A DNA stretch of 41,201 nucleotides, taken from a bacterium (GTDB lineage Bacteria > Hinthialibacterota > Hinthialibacteria > Hinthialibacterales > Hinthialibacteraceae). This document shows, piece after piece, positions 6,739-17,715 of this stretch (positions are counted from its first letter, which is position 1; each line of letters opens with the position of its first letter). The stretch is from the NCBI GenBank assembly GCA_963663405.2, contig CAXXSM010000007.1:1-41201 (forward strand), in the 5' to 3' direction. The position numbers and the translations under genes were made by a program. Under the pieces are notes generated by a model. The model did not search any database, had not been told where the DNA came from, and saw only the letters and a list, made by a program, of their open reading frames with translations.

Positions 6739-9700
6739 ATGCGCATAGGGAAAAGCATCATGGACAATCGTGTTTCGAATGAATGGTCATTGTTTGCGAT
6801 CTATACCCTTCTTTGTAGCGTATATGGGATTGCTCTCGTAGCGTTGCATTGGTTGAGCCAAGTCTCTTGGACGGATGAACTGCTTGCGTTGATGGTGATT
6901 CCTATCTTCCACGTGGCGTTTTCTTGCCGATGCAGAGTATACGTTCCAATGATTGGGATAGTAATTGTGATCTCGATTTTTGTCATATCCTGTGTTGTCT
7001 CCCATATCATTTCCTCACTTGTGACGATTGCGATCACTCTTTGTATGATTTCCGCCGCCTCTGAAATGGTATATAGAGCCATGCAAAAGCATCGGATTTC
7101 TCAGGAGGAACTACTGGAAGCCAGAAAATTTCTTGAAGCCGCAGTGGCGCAATCTCCCTCAGGCATTCTGATTGCCGACGCGCCGGATGTAACGATTCGC
7201 ATGGCCAATCCAGCGGCTTTTGGTATCCGTGGTGAAACGGATCGCCCATTGACAAATATTGAAGTGGAGCAGCACGCGTCGAATTGGCAAACATTTCGTC
7301 CAGATGGCGCGCCTTATCCTCCGGAGGAGTTGCCTCTTTCCCGTGCGGTTTTAAAGGGTGAAATCACAAGAAACGAAGAAGTGATAATCCGGGATGAATT
7401 TGGAGCGGATCACTGGGTCAGCGCCAACGCTGCGCCCATCCGTGATTCCGAGGGATGTATTACTGCCGGCATTGTCATCTTCCATGATATCACAGAGCGT
7501 AAAAAAAATGAGGTAGCGCTCCGGGATAGTGAAATGTTGTACCGGACATTAATCGAGAATCTACAGCAAAGCGTATTCTTGAAAGATATCGATCTCCGTT
7601 TCATCTCAGCCAATCGCAGTTTCTGTGATCTTCTCGGATTCGCCTCTGAGGAAATCGAAGGGAAAACGGACTACGATTTTTTTCCAAAAGAGTTGGCCGA
7701 TAAATATAGGGCGGACGATCAAAGAGTGCTTGAGACGGGAAGGCCTTTAACGCTTACGGAAGAAAACATCGTTGGAAATACGAAGCGCTGGGTGGAAGTC
7801 GTGAAAACACCAGTTCAGGACGCGGATGGAATGACAAAAGGCATCCTGGGAATATTCTGGGATATTACCACACGTAAGCAAGCCGAGGAGGAGTTGCGCG
7901 AAAGTGAGTTTCGAATGCGGGCCATCGTAGAAGGTTCACCTTTCGGCGCCTTTGTCTATGAGCTGGAATCGAATGACGACTTACTACTGGCTTCCGCTAA
8001 CTCATCCGCAAACAGGATTTTAGGTGTCGATTGCCAGCAATTCGTCGGCAAGACGATTGAAGAGGCTTTTCCTGCGCTGACACATACAGAGATCCCTACG
8101 GCCTATCGTCATGTAGCCGCGACGGGTGAGTCTTTCTCTCAGGATGTTGTCGACTACGATGAGCAAGGGATCAAAGGTTCCTACGAGATCCACGCGTTCC
8201 AGATTGGGACTAACCGGATGACTGTATTATTCCGAGACATTACAGAGCGCAAACAGGCCGAGGAGGCGTTGCGGAATGAGAAAAAATTCACAGAGACCGC
8301 CCTGAATTCACAGCAAGATACCTTTTTCCTTTTCGAACCTGCGACAGGGAAAGCTATTCGCTGGAACCGGGCGTTTAATGATATTTCAGGATATACCGAT
8401 GAAGATATTCGCAGGATGAGAGCGCCTGATTCATATTACAGCCCCGGCGATTTAGAGCGAGCGGCGAGTTTCACGAAAGACGTGTTGGAATCAGGGATTG
8501 GAACGATTGAACTGGAATTACTATGCAAAGACGGTCATAAGGTTCCCACGGAGTACAATGTCTCGGTCATCAAAGATGAGAAAAATCTGTCGAAGTACTT
8601 AATCTCGATCGGTCGAGATATCACCGACAGGAAGCGCGCTGAAATCGCCTTACGCGAAAGCGAGGAAAACCTGCGCACAACTCTCAACTCCATCGGTGAC
8701 GCTGTGATCGTCACGAACACCCAAGGTATTATTATCCGGATGAATCCTGTTGCCGAGAAACTCACCGGCTGGCCCCAACGCGAATCCATGGGTAAACCAC
8801 TCGTTGATGTGTTTCACATTGTCAACGCGCAGACAGGGAAAGAGGCGGACAATCCAGTCGAAAAAGTTCTTCAAACCGGTAAGATCATCGGTCTTGCTAA
8901 TCATACAAAACTGATTTCCCGAAACGGCGATCAATACCAAATTGCCGATTCGGCTGCGCCTATCATGGATGATGAAGGAAATACAACGGGTATCGTTCTT
9001 GTTTTCCGAGACGTGACCGACGAATACCAGATGCAAAGCGCATTGCAAGAGAGAGAGCGTTTTCTTAAGAATGTTTTCCAATCTCTTCAAGATGGTGTGA
9101 GTGTCTTGGATCGAAACTTAACCATTGTTCAGACCAACAAGTGGATGGAAGAGATGTACGCCCACGAAGCGCCACTGGGAGGCAAGAAGTGTTACACCGC
9201 ATATCAGCAACGTGAAACGGTTTGTCCTTGGTGTCCAACAGTTGAAGCGATGGAAACGGGTGAGACTCGAAGAGTCGAAGTTCCTTATCCCAATATAAAA
9301 AATGTGAAAGGATGGATCGACCTGTCGGCCTTTCCGCTCAAGAATGAAGGTGGGGAAGTCACGGGTGTGATCGAGTACGTCAAAGATATCTCCGAACGCA
9401 AGCGAGCTGAAAACGCTTTGCAAAAAAGCGAGCAGATGTATCGTGAGGCCATCGAAGTGGCCGGCGCCGTCCCATACTACCAGAACTACCAAACGAATAC
9501 CTATAATTTTATCGGGAACGAAATTAAAGCCTTAACGGGCTATGCGCCCGAGGAATTCACATATGATTTATGGCAATCGCTCGAACAGGAAATCGTCTTG
9601 CTTGGAGCGCTGGAAGGCTGCTCCCCAGATGAATTGGCGCAACAAGCGCGAAACGGGGAGGATGTTCATTGGCGCGCGGATTATCGGATCAAAACCAAGA

Positions 9701-11424
9701 CCGGTGAAGAACGCTGGTTAGCCAACGCCGCCATTCAAGTCAAGAACGAACAGGGGCAGGTTGTCGGCTCGCTCGGGATTTTGCAAGATATCACCGAGCG
9801 TAAGCATGCCGAGGAAGAACTCCGGAAAAGTGAGGAACGCTATCGGAATTTCATTATTAATGCGAGTGAAGGGATCTACCGGATCGATTTCACAACGCCC
9901 ATCTCCATAGATCTTACTGATGAAGAACTGATAGAGAGTATTTCTAGTCATGCCGTAATTGGTGAAGTCAATGAGGCCTTAGCAAGAATGTACGGGCTGC
10001 ACTCGGTTGACATGGTTGGACGGCCAGCCACTGAGTATGCTCCTGAATATGGAAAGAGAGCCATACTAGCGGTACGAGCCCCGAATTATCGAATCCGTGA
10101 TGTCGAAACCGAGGACGTGGATAAGGATGGACAGCCTCTTTATCTACTGGAAAGTTATTCTGCGTTTATAAAAGACGGTATGCTCATTCGAATTTGGGGC
10201 ATGCAGAGGGATATAACCGAAAGGAAGCGGTTGGAGGAGCAATTGCGTCAAGCGCAAAAAATGGAGGCGGTCGGCCAGCTGGCTGGTGGGGTCGCTCACG
10301 ATTTTAACAATATCCTCACCGCCGTCATCGGTAATTTGAATTTAGCGGAGTATAGCGCCTCCGGAGAAATTCGCCCGTTTCTGGAAAAAGCGAAAATAGC
10401 TTCCGATCGGGCGGCGGGGTTGGTGAAACAGCTCCTCGCTTTCAGCCGGAAAACGGGAGTTGATCTAAAATTAGTGAATGTAAACGACATCGTTGCAGAA
10501 GTGTATGACTTGGCCCGGCATACGATAGATCGCCGAATAGAGATCGCTGTACACACGTCAAAAGATTTACCGTTAGTAAATGTGGACTCAGCGCAGATTA
10601 ATTCAGTTTTAATGAACCTTTGTATTAATGCCCGTGACACCATAAACGACGTGCTAAGCGGAAAAGCGTTTCCCGAACGCCAAGATGACCACTTCGTAAT
10701 TTCAATTGAAACCAAGAGTACGATCGTTCAAAAAGAATATTGCGATATCTATCCCTACGCGCGTCCCGGCCGGTATATTGTTATCAGCGTAACGGATAAT
10801 GGAACGGGAATCGAAGAAGAAATTCAACGCCATGTGTTTGAACCTTTTTATAGCACGAAGGAGGTTGGGCAAGGCTCAGGATTGGGATTAGCGAGTTCAT
10901 ACGGAATCATCAAACAGCACGGTGGTTGGATCAATCTATACAGCGAACCACGCGAAGGAACGACCTTCAAGATCTACTTACCGATTGCGCAAGCAGAAGC
11001 GCCTAAGGAGTCACCTCAACGAGTGGAGAAGAATTTTCGTGGCGCCGAGACGATTCTCCTGGTTGACGACGAACCGATGGTTCGTGAACCGGGAAAAATG
11101 ATTCTGGAATCGTATGGTTATACCGTTTTAGCCGCTACAAACGGGAAGGAAGCGCTCGAACTTTTTCAAAAAGAGCAGGAACGAATCGACCTTATCCTGC
11201 TCGATCTATCCATGCCACTCATGTCGGGGCGAGAGGTATTGGAACGGTTGCGCGCGATGCATTCAAACGTAAAAGTGATCGTATGCAGTGGATATGCGGA
11301 GAATGATCAGAGGGGATACTTAGGCAAGCTGGGTGTTATAAATTATGTGTCAAAACCATACTCTCCCAGCGATTTAGCGCGCGTCGTGCGATCCGCGCTG
11401 GATATGAATACTCATTATTCTTAA
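6739..11424 (+). CDS. membrane-bound multi-PAS hybrid sensor histidine kinase / response regulator
   Basis: N-terminal TM helices; eight PAS/PAC units ending in DITERK-like motifs; H-box LAGGVAHDFNNILT; N-box MNLCINARD; G1 DNGTGI; F FEPFYSTK; G2 GSGLGL; receiver ILLVDDE...LLDLSMP...SKPY. Confidence 0.97.
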   Translation: MRIGKSIMDNRVSNEWSLFAIYTLLCSVYGIALVALHWLSQVSWTDELLALMVIPIFHVAFSCRCRVYVPMIGIVIVISIFVISCVVSHIISSLVTIAITLCMISAASEMVYRAMQKHRISQEELLEARKFLEAAVAQSPSGILIADAPDVTIRMANPAAFGIRGETDRPLTNIEVEQHASNWQTFRPDGAPYPPEELPLSRAVLKGEITRNEEVIIRDEFGADHWVSANAAPIRDSEGCITAGIVIFHDITERKKNEVALRDSEMLYRTLIENLQQSVFLKDIDLRFISANRSFCDLLGFASEEIEGKTDYDFFPKELADKYRADDQRVLETGRPLTLTEENIVGNTKRWVEVVKTPVQDADGMTKGILGIFWDITTRKQAEEELRESEFRMRAIVEGSPFGAFVYELESNDDLLLASANSSANRILGVDCQQFVGKTIEEAFPALTHTEIPTAYRHVAATGESFSQDVVDYDEQGIKGSYEIHAFQIGTNRMTVLFRDITERKQAEEALRNEKKFTETALNSQQDTFFLFEPATGKAIRWNRAFNDISGYTDEDIRRMRAPDSYYSPGDLERAASFTKDVLESGIGTIELELLCKDGHKVPTEYNVSVIKDEKNLSKYLISIGRDITDRKRAEIALRESEENLRTTLNSIGDAVIVTNTQGIIIRMNPVAEKLTGWPQRESMGKPLVDVFHIVNAQTGKEADNPVEKVLQTGKIIGLANHTKLISRNGDQYQIADSAAPIMDDEGNTTGIVLVFRDVTDEYQMQSALQERERFLKNVFQSLQDGVSVLDRNLTIVQTNKWMEEMYAHEAPLGGKKCYTAYQQRETVCPWCPTVEAMETGETRRVEVPYPNIKNVKGWIDLSAFPLKNEGGEVTGVIEYVKDISERKRAENALQKSEQMYREAIEVAGAVPYYQNYQTNTYNFIGNEIKALTGYAPEEFTYDLWQSLEQEIVLLGALEGCSPDELAQQARNGEDVHWRADYRIKTKTGEERWLANAAIQVKNEQGQVVGSLGILQDITERKHAEEELRKSEERYRNFIINASEGIYRIDFTTPISIDLTDEELIESISSHAVIGEVNEALARMYGLHSVDMVGRPATEYAPEYGKRAILAVRAPNYRIRDVETEDVDKDGQPLYLLESYSAFIKDGMLIRIWGMQRDITERKRLEEQLRQAQKMEAVGQLAGGVAHDFNNILTAVIGNLNLAEYSASGEIRPFLEKAKIASDRAAGLVKQLLAFSRKTGVDLKLVNVNDIVAEVYDLARHTIDRRIEIAVHTSKDLPLVNVDSAQINSVLMNLCINARDTINDVLSGKAFPERQDDHFVISIETKSTIVQKEYCDIYPYARPGRYIVISVTDNGTGIEEEIQRHVFEPFYSTKEVGQGSGLGLASSYGIIKQHGGWINLYSEPREGTTFKIYLPIAQAEAPKESPQRVEKNFRGAETILLVDDEPMVREPGKMILESYGYTVLAATNGKEALELFQKEQERIDLILLDLSMPLMSGREVLERLRAMHSNVKVIVCSGYAENDQRGYLGKLGVINYVSKPYSPSDLARVVRSALDMNTHYS

Positions 11425-11522
11425 GAATTCTCACCGTAATATCGCTCTTTTACACGTTTATTTCATTTCTTTCGATACGCGAAGGCGATTTTATTACGAT
11501 ATCATTTTTTTTGTTTTTTCTA

Positions 11523-11580
11523 TTGACATAGTATATTTGAAATATTATGATCGATATTCAAATTAATACAATGTGTATTA
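11523..11580 (+). promoter_or_regulatory. sigma70 promoter and BlaI-type palindromic operator
   Basis: TTGACA (11523-11528)-N17-TATGAT (11546-11551); perfect arms TAATACA-ATG-TGTATTA (11564-11580) just before the blaI-like RBS, similar to TACA..TGTA BlaI/CopY boxes. Confidence 0.7.
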
Positions 11581-11593
11581 GAGAAGGGATCGG

Positions 11594-11941
11594 ATGACAG
11601 ACAAAAAACTATCCTCGCTAAGTCCGCTCGAGTGGAAAATTATGCGGATCGTTTGTGAATTGAAAAAGTGCGCGGCGCGGGATGTGTATCAAATCACAAA
11701 AGAGAAATTGGATATGCATCCCGGCACAACCCGTACTTTATTGCGTCGCTTGGTTGATAAAGGGCATCTCAAAACTCAGCAGATTGGGAATTGTTTCGTT
11801 AATGAGCCCAAAGTCTCGCTGATCGATTCGGTTATGAATGAGACCGATATTCTCTTCGATCATGCGCTGGATGGAAACGCGGGATTGATGATGGGATGGC
11901 TGAGTTTTTTTTTCTTTTCTACTTTTTCGGCTGGGAATTAG
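11594..11941 (+). pseudogene. BlaI/MecI/CopY-family repressor, C-terminally truncated
   Basis: LSPLEWKIMRIV...TTRTLLRRLVDKGHL; similarity ends about 11895 and runs into a T-rich non-coding-like tail; no M56 partner follows. Confidence 0.8.
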
Positions 11942-12184
11942 AGCGAATCGAACACGTAAGTTCTTAAACGTAACGTATCCTATAGAAGTAAACACCTATC
12001 TCATCAATTTAAGACGGCTGGAATCAATCGCCGATCTCCTCTGTCCGGTACGCTGGTTTGCCGGTGTCTGGGTATAAGAATTCTGGATTTAACTCATGAT
12101 CCTGCGTCAAAATTGTCTATTGCCGCGCATGTCACAATCATCCTCCTCGCATTGATCGTCAGTTCCTTTACCGGGCAGCGCTTA

Positions 12185-12460
12185 ATGACTCAATCCATCC
12201 AATGGAAACAGATTGACAAACCTCAGGGGGGCGCTCCCGAACAGCGTCAGGGACATTCCATGTGTTACGATGAGATCAGGCAAAAAGTTGTCCTGTTCGG
12301 AGGTTTCGAAAGCGAACCTCGTGTTATGCACGATGAGACGTTGGAGTGGGATGGCCGTGAGTGGGTGGAGATCGGAATGGATCCATATAACCGCCCATTG
12401 AAACGATTTCTTTCCGCAATGGCCTACGACCCGATTCGAAAGAAAATCGTCCTATACGGG
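12185..12460 (+). pseudogene. Kelch/galactose-oxidase-type beta-propeller fragment
   Basis: PEQRQGHSMCYDEIRQKVVLFGG...ETLEWDGREW...RFLSAMAYDPIRKKIVLYG: about 1.5 Kelch repeats, then unrelated sequence. Confidence 0.75.
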
Positions 12461-12757
12461 TATGTTACGATATTATTATCGAGATGCAGCATAACGCGTT
12501 TTACTTCAGGTAAACCATTCCGAAAGTCTATCCACCAATCCGCCGATTCTTGACTTTTCACGACGATTTCAGGTCGTCACGTATGATATTATACCTAGTA
12601 TAATTATGAAGGTTATAATACCGCGAAATAGGATGTAAATGCAAGGGGGGTAAGAAAAAAAACGTAGAAAAGTACGAAAATTCGAAGATTTTTGACTTGA
12701 AATGAAGGAAAACCGGGGAAATTGGAAGAAAGCACATTCAGGTCGTGGAAAATATAT

Positions 12758-12843
12758 CCGTCATAAAGGTACTAAGATCAAAACGCGTAGTGCCTTGAAA
12801 AAGCAGTAAAATGCGCAGAAAAACTATAGTACGATTATGACGG
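12758..12843. repeat. 17-bp imperfect inverted repeat (res-site- or MITE-like)
   Basis: CCGTCATAAAGGTACTA (12758-12774) vs TAGTACGATTATGACGG (12827-12843), 15/17 complementary. Confidence 0.5.
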
Positions 12844-12878
12844 TTGAGGTTCTTGCGAAAATCGGTGTTCAATAAAAT

Positions 12879-15800
12879 TCAAATGGCGCGAAACATCACC
12901 TGTATTTCAATATTGTTATCACCTTGTTTTGAATCATACGTTCTGGTCAGATTGCCATTCTCGTCATAGTATTTAATCTCGATACGGACGCCATCAGGAT
13001 TGACGCCACTTTTACAATACCGAATGAATTCAGGATTATCACATTCGCTAATTGTTTCAAAATTTAAAAAAGTGTTGTAAGTTACACAATGGCACCAGAG
13101 TCGCAATGGAATCTCTTCGAATGTGATTGTTACAGTTTTGTATTTGAAATCTTCACCGCGAGAATTCCGAGAGTAATAGTCCTGTTCAGCCTGTCCGGAA
13201 ATGATTCCCGGAGCAGGATTCACCCACTCGATCTTTCCACCTGAATTTTTTTGAATCAATTCGGATGAGATCACGACGTTGTAATCGACAATCGGATAAA
13301 ATGAAACCCAAACGGAAACATTATCCTTCCACTGTTCGATTTTAGAATTGAAATTTTCATCGATTTCGTATGCGTATGCATTACTATTCTCTCCGTTGAC
13401 AGTAACGACAACGGGGCCGGTTTTCGCCCCAGAAGGAACTTGCAGAGTAATCCATGTGTCATTCCAATAAAGAATATTCGTTGCTTCTTGCCCGCAAAAC
13501 AGAACTCGACTCGATCCCTGGCTGTTTCCAAACCCTTTGCCGGTAATATTAACGATTGCTCCGATCGGCGCGCTGTTACAATCAACATCATCAATAATGA
13601 CATTATTATTGATGATCTCCGGCCAGCGATGCCCCAGCGTATCAAGAATGACAACCACAAGCGTGTCCGTTTTTTTAATAGCCGCATCGGTATAACTTTG
13701 CTGCTGCGCGGCATAGGGAACGGGAGTCGGATTCAGCTTGACACCTTGTACGGATTGAGGTTTGTCAAGTCGGTAGATATCATAACCAGCGATGAACTCC
13801 GTTGGAATATTGCCAATAGATCTTGTATTCCACAAAACCGCGCCTTCCTGCAATTCAATGATTTCAGGTTCAAGTAGAAGATAATATTGACAGTGTAGAT
13901 TCGCCACCATTTGACTTCCGCTTGCAAATCCACGATTGATAAATACCTGTTCGAATGAAGTGATACCGGCTGTCCCGCCAAAATTCTTGACGGAAAGGGG
14001 ATTGGTAAAAACCCAAGTCTTCTCGAGTGGATCGTTCACGTCATACCATGCGTCATCTGTACCGGCAGGCGCATAGGTTAAGGTTGAAGTCACCGCCAAT
14101 CCCTCGCCTTGGCTTTGATCGTATCGGCCAACCAATAAGCCTTCTTCTGTGGTCTTCGTTTGTAATTGCAAATACACTGCGGATAAAGAATCCAATCGCC
14201 GTTTCAGATCAAAATAGAGTGATGGCTTCCCGGTTTGTGAGGAGAGGACAAAGGTACGACTAATCGCTTCTTTAGGAGATAAATAAGACAAAATATCAGC
14301 TACCAAACTATCTTTAATCAAGCGGTTTAATCCATTGCTCGCGAGATGGTCGGGATGGGTAACAATAAACTCACAATATTCACGAAATACATCCGATAGG
14401 GATGAGGATGACAGTGAATGTTGTTGAATTACTGTATGGAGGTTTATGCGATCGTCAGTATTGTAGAATCGCTGATTCATTACATCAGCGACCACAGCCT
14501 CATCAGAGTATTTTTCGTTTTCCAACCAGTCCAGAAAATGAGACAACGTATAATAGCTTGCATCTTCATTGGCCGTAATGGGAACACTTAAGTATTTCGC
14601 CATGGTTTCGGACCAATAGGCTCGTTTTTCCACAGGACTCATACTCATTGCCACAGCGGAATAATAATTTGCAGTCGCTTCAAAAAACCATAGATTTCCG
14701 AAAAACCACGCCGCCGGTTTACCTCCAAGTGAATAGTAATCACCCTGCAGATAATGGCAAAGTTCATGCGCAGCGGTTCCCCTCATGCTTTGCCAGTTTT
14801 CCAGTTTGGTTTCATGAATTTGAATTCGACCACTGAACCAGCCGCGTGGCGCAGAATTACCATCGGATGAACCCAGGTCACGAACATACACATCCAAGGT
14901 GTTTTTTCCGATCAATCCGATAGTTGGATCGTTAAAAACATTACTACCATCATCTTGCTTCAAAGCCAGTAAACCGCGCAGGGCTTCATTCATGGCTTTG
15001 TCCAAATCTTCAACATAATCAGGAACGAGCGTATCTTCATAGGCGCCGCTGCCGACGGCGCTCCAATCCACGTCTTTTTTAACCGTTTGAGGATAATAGT
15101 GTATTTTGAAGTTAGAGCCTTCGTACGATGTGATGAACATGTTTCCGAAAAAAGGAATATAGACTCTGAATTTTCTTTTAAAGGTTCGTCCGAGAAAAAC
15201 CGGATCCTCTTTTGGGCTTACCTTTGCGAATAAGGAATTTGATGTTTTGGCTGATGCGTTTGAATCGTCAAATGGAGGTAGAGTCAAGCGGAATGTCAGT
15301 AGATTCGCCGCCGGATCAAATTCACTTAATGCGCCCAAAGATTTCCATCCACCTTCCGCTTCGTCGAAATACTGCGCTCCCGCCAATGATAAATCCAATG
15401 AATCTCGCCATTCATTATTCTCAACCGGCAAAACCAGAACGAGGTCCGAATTAAAATCACCTTCTGCTGTAATGGATAGTTCATATTCTCCGGACATAAC
15501 CGCGTATTCGTCCGTTCTTTGATTCAAGGAATTGGCTACAAGACCGAAGGCAACATTGACTTCACCATGAGTGAATCCCGCAGGAATTTCCACGCCAGCC
15601 TGATCGGATAAAGTAATCGTTCCCCCAGTGGCGCCATCGACCACCACAGGAATTACAGGAGTGGGACTTGCTTTCGGAAATTCAGTCGGGGTAGGGGTAT
15701 GAGTAGGTGCATATGCGGGTGTAAGCGTAGGTTCCGTTTCACCTGACGGATTATAGGCGAATATTTCTCTATCCAATGCATACACTTCGAATGAATCTAT

Positions 15801-17644
15801 AAAGACATTGACATCTTCTGCATTCACCGCGGCGGCGGCTTGAATGATGGGAGTCACTAAAGAACCTTCATCTGGTTCATAAAGGATGACGATTTGCCGT
15901 TCTTGTTGAATAAACGCATCAGCGCCAGCGGGGATTTGATACGCGATAGAACCGTCTACATATTGATTTGTTGCAAGATCACCCTTCAACGCGCCCAATG
16001 CGATGGATACATCCGGGGAATCCGCGCGGACATTCATTTTCAGCAAGAGAGGATAACCGTAAGTATTTAGCGCCGGAGTTAAATAAATGAATTCAACTTG
16101 CCCAGATCGCACGGTGATCGTTAGCCCTTTTTTGTCCTTAGACGAAATAAATCGATCAGACAAGAAATCCCCACAACGAACCTTACCCGTTACCATATCG
16201 GTAAAGCCACCAGGGATTTCTCCCAATCTGTTCAGTTGCAGCGACTCTGCGCTGAAATCGTTATCGTAAAGTATCACAGGATCGGGGATTCGCATAAAAG
16301 AGGAATCACAATTGACACCGGTTGATGAAAAAAGGGGATGATTAATCGGTATAATTTCAATGCAGTCAATCAAAACCGTAGTATTATTATCCATAGATAA
16401 ACCCATCACCTGAATCGCAGGAGTAATAACTCCTTCATTATCCGGTTGATAGAGCAGAACCTCACGAAATTCCTGGTTCATCGCAGGTTTAGTGTTGCAT
16501 GGAGACATAACACCAAGGGAACCATCCCATAGCCCTGCGCTCCCTTTTAATGCGACCAACACGACTTGCGCTGCGGGCGAACTCGCGCGGGCGTGTAAGC
16601 GTAATAAAACCGGCGAATCTCCTGAAAAAATTGCATCAAGCGCGTAAAGAAACGTAACTTGTCCCGGTTTTACTGTGACGGCCAATCCTTTTCCATCCTG
16701 TGATTCAGGATATTCCTGATCAGTAAAATCCCGGAATAAAAATGAACCGGGAGAAGTATTCGGTATAAACCCCCCTGGAATTTCCGCCAGGCCATTCGCA
16801 GCTAATTCTGATTGATTGAATTCGTTGATTATTGGTTCTTTTAAACACGGTATAGAAGTTGGTTTGACTGTAATAAATGGTGTAGGTGTCTCGCTAGGTG
16901 TAGGTGTCCTGCTAGGTGTAGGTATCCTGCTAGGTGTAGGTGTCCTGCTAGGTGTAGGTGTCCTGCTAGGTGTAGGTGTCGCTGTTGATTGCTGGATTGG
17001 TGTGTAAGGCTTTTGCACTCGGAGAAATCAGTATCGTTCTGTGGAGAAAATGCAAAACCTGAAACAAGTATATCAAAGCCAAAATCCGGATCATGCGCAT
17101 AAACAGCTTCTCCAATTTGATCCTCCAGAAATAAAATCGTCTCCCAATCGTCACAAGTCAATTGATTATAACGAATATCGATATATCCATCCTGGCCTAA
17201 AACAGGTTGAGTTTTCAGGTTTGAAATATCGGTTAATTGATTGAAACTGCAATCCAATATTCTAATATTAGATAAGGGGGGTAATATTAGCGTCACGATA
17301 TTGTTGAAACTGCAATCTAACTTCTCGAGAGAAACATTCTTGGATAAATCCAACAAAGTTAATGAGTTGATATAACAAATCAACTCGTTGATATTAATAA
17401 AATATTCGATCCCCTTCATGTCTTGAATATCCATAAATGCGCAATCCAGTATTCCCGTTTTCACCTTCGCCTCCTGTGCGGTGAAAGTGACACCGGGAGA
17501 GACTCCCATGAAAGATTCTACGATCGAACGAAAATTCGGATCAGGAAAATATTCCGGTGTGTTGATGTTTTGAGCAGTAACTAAATGTAAATCGATGAAC
17601 GTAAACCATACAAAAAGAAAAAGGGGAGAATATCTTGTAAGCAT
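12879..17644 (-). CDS. large secreted modular protein: signal peptide, LRR, Pro/Thr linker, two repeated beta-rich domains, ZU5-like segment, HEXXH metallopeptidase-like domain, IPT/TIG; one frameshift near 17010
   Basis: ORF 16841-17644 has a signal peptide and FPDPNFR...LRRs. ORF 12879-17018 starts with TPTPSR repeats and contains AAHELCHYLQ...WFFEATANY and GAIVNITGKGFG...W.DT.I...VP.GA.TGPVVVTV. The two overlap across TGCAAAAGCC. Confidence 0.8.
16879..16980 (-). repeat. 18-bp tandem repeat (~5.7 copies) encoding a TPTPSR linker
   Basis: Plus-strand unit GGTGTAGGTGTCCTGCTA at 16879, 16897, 16915, 16933, 16951 and partial at 16969. Confidence 0.95.
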
Positions 17645-17715
17645 GTAGAATCACCAATTAATAGGCGTCAAATAAAATCCGCATAACTTAATTATATTCT
17701 GTTAGCCGGGATTTC

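Noticed and set aside
6787-10715. Antisense ORFs within the histidine kinase (and similar shadow ORFs in IS, WD40 and BlaR1 genes)
   Set aside because: Opposite-strand or off-frame shadows of well-supported genes, with no motifs.
16879-16980. 18-bp repeats as CRISPR, or the LHLAGH repeat peptide in ORF 16841-17644
   Set aside because: No spacers; the repeat encodes a Pro/Thr linker in the other frame, and the His-rich reading is an off-frame product of the frameshift.
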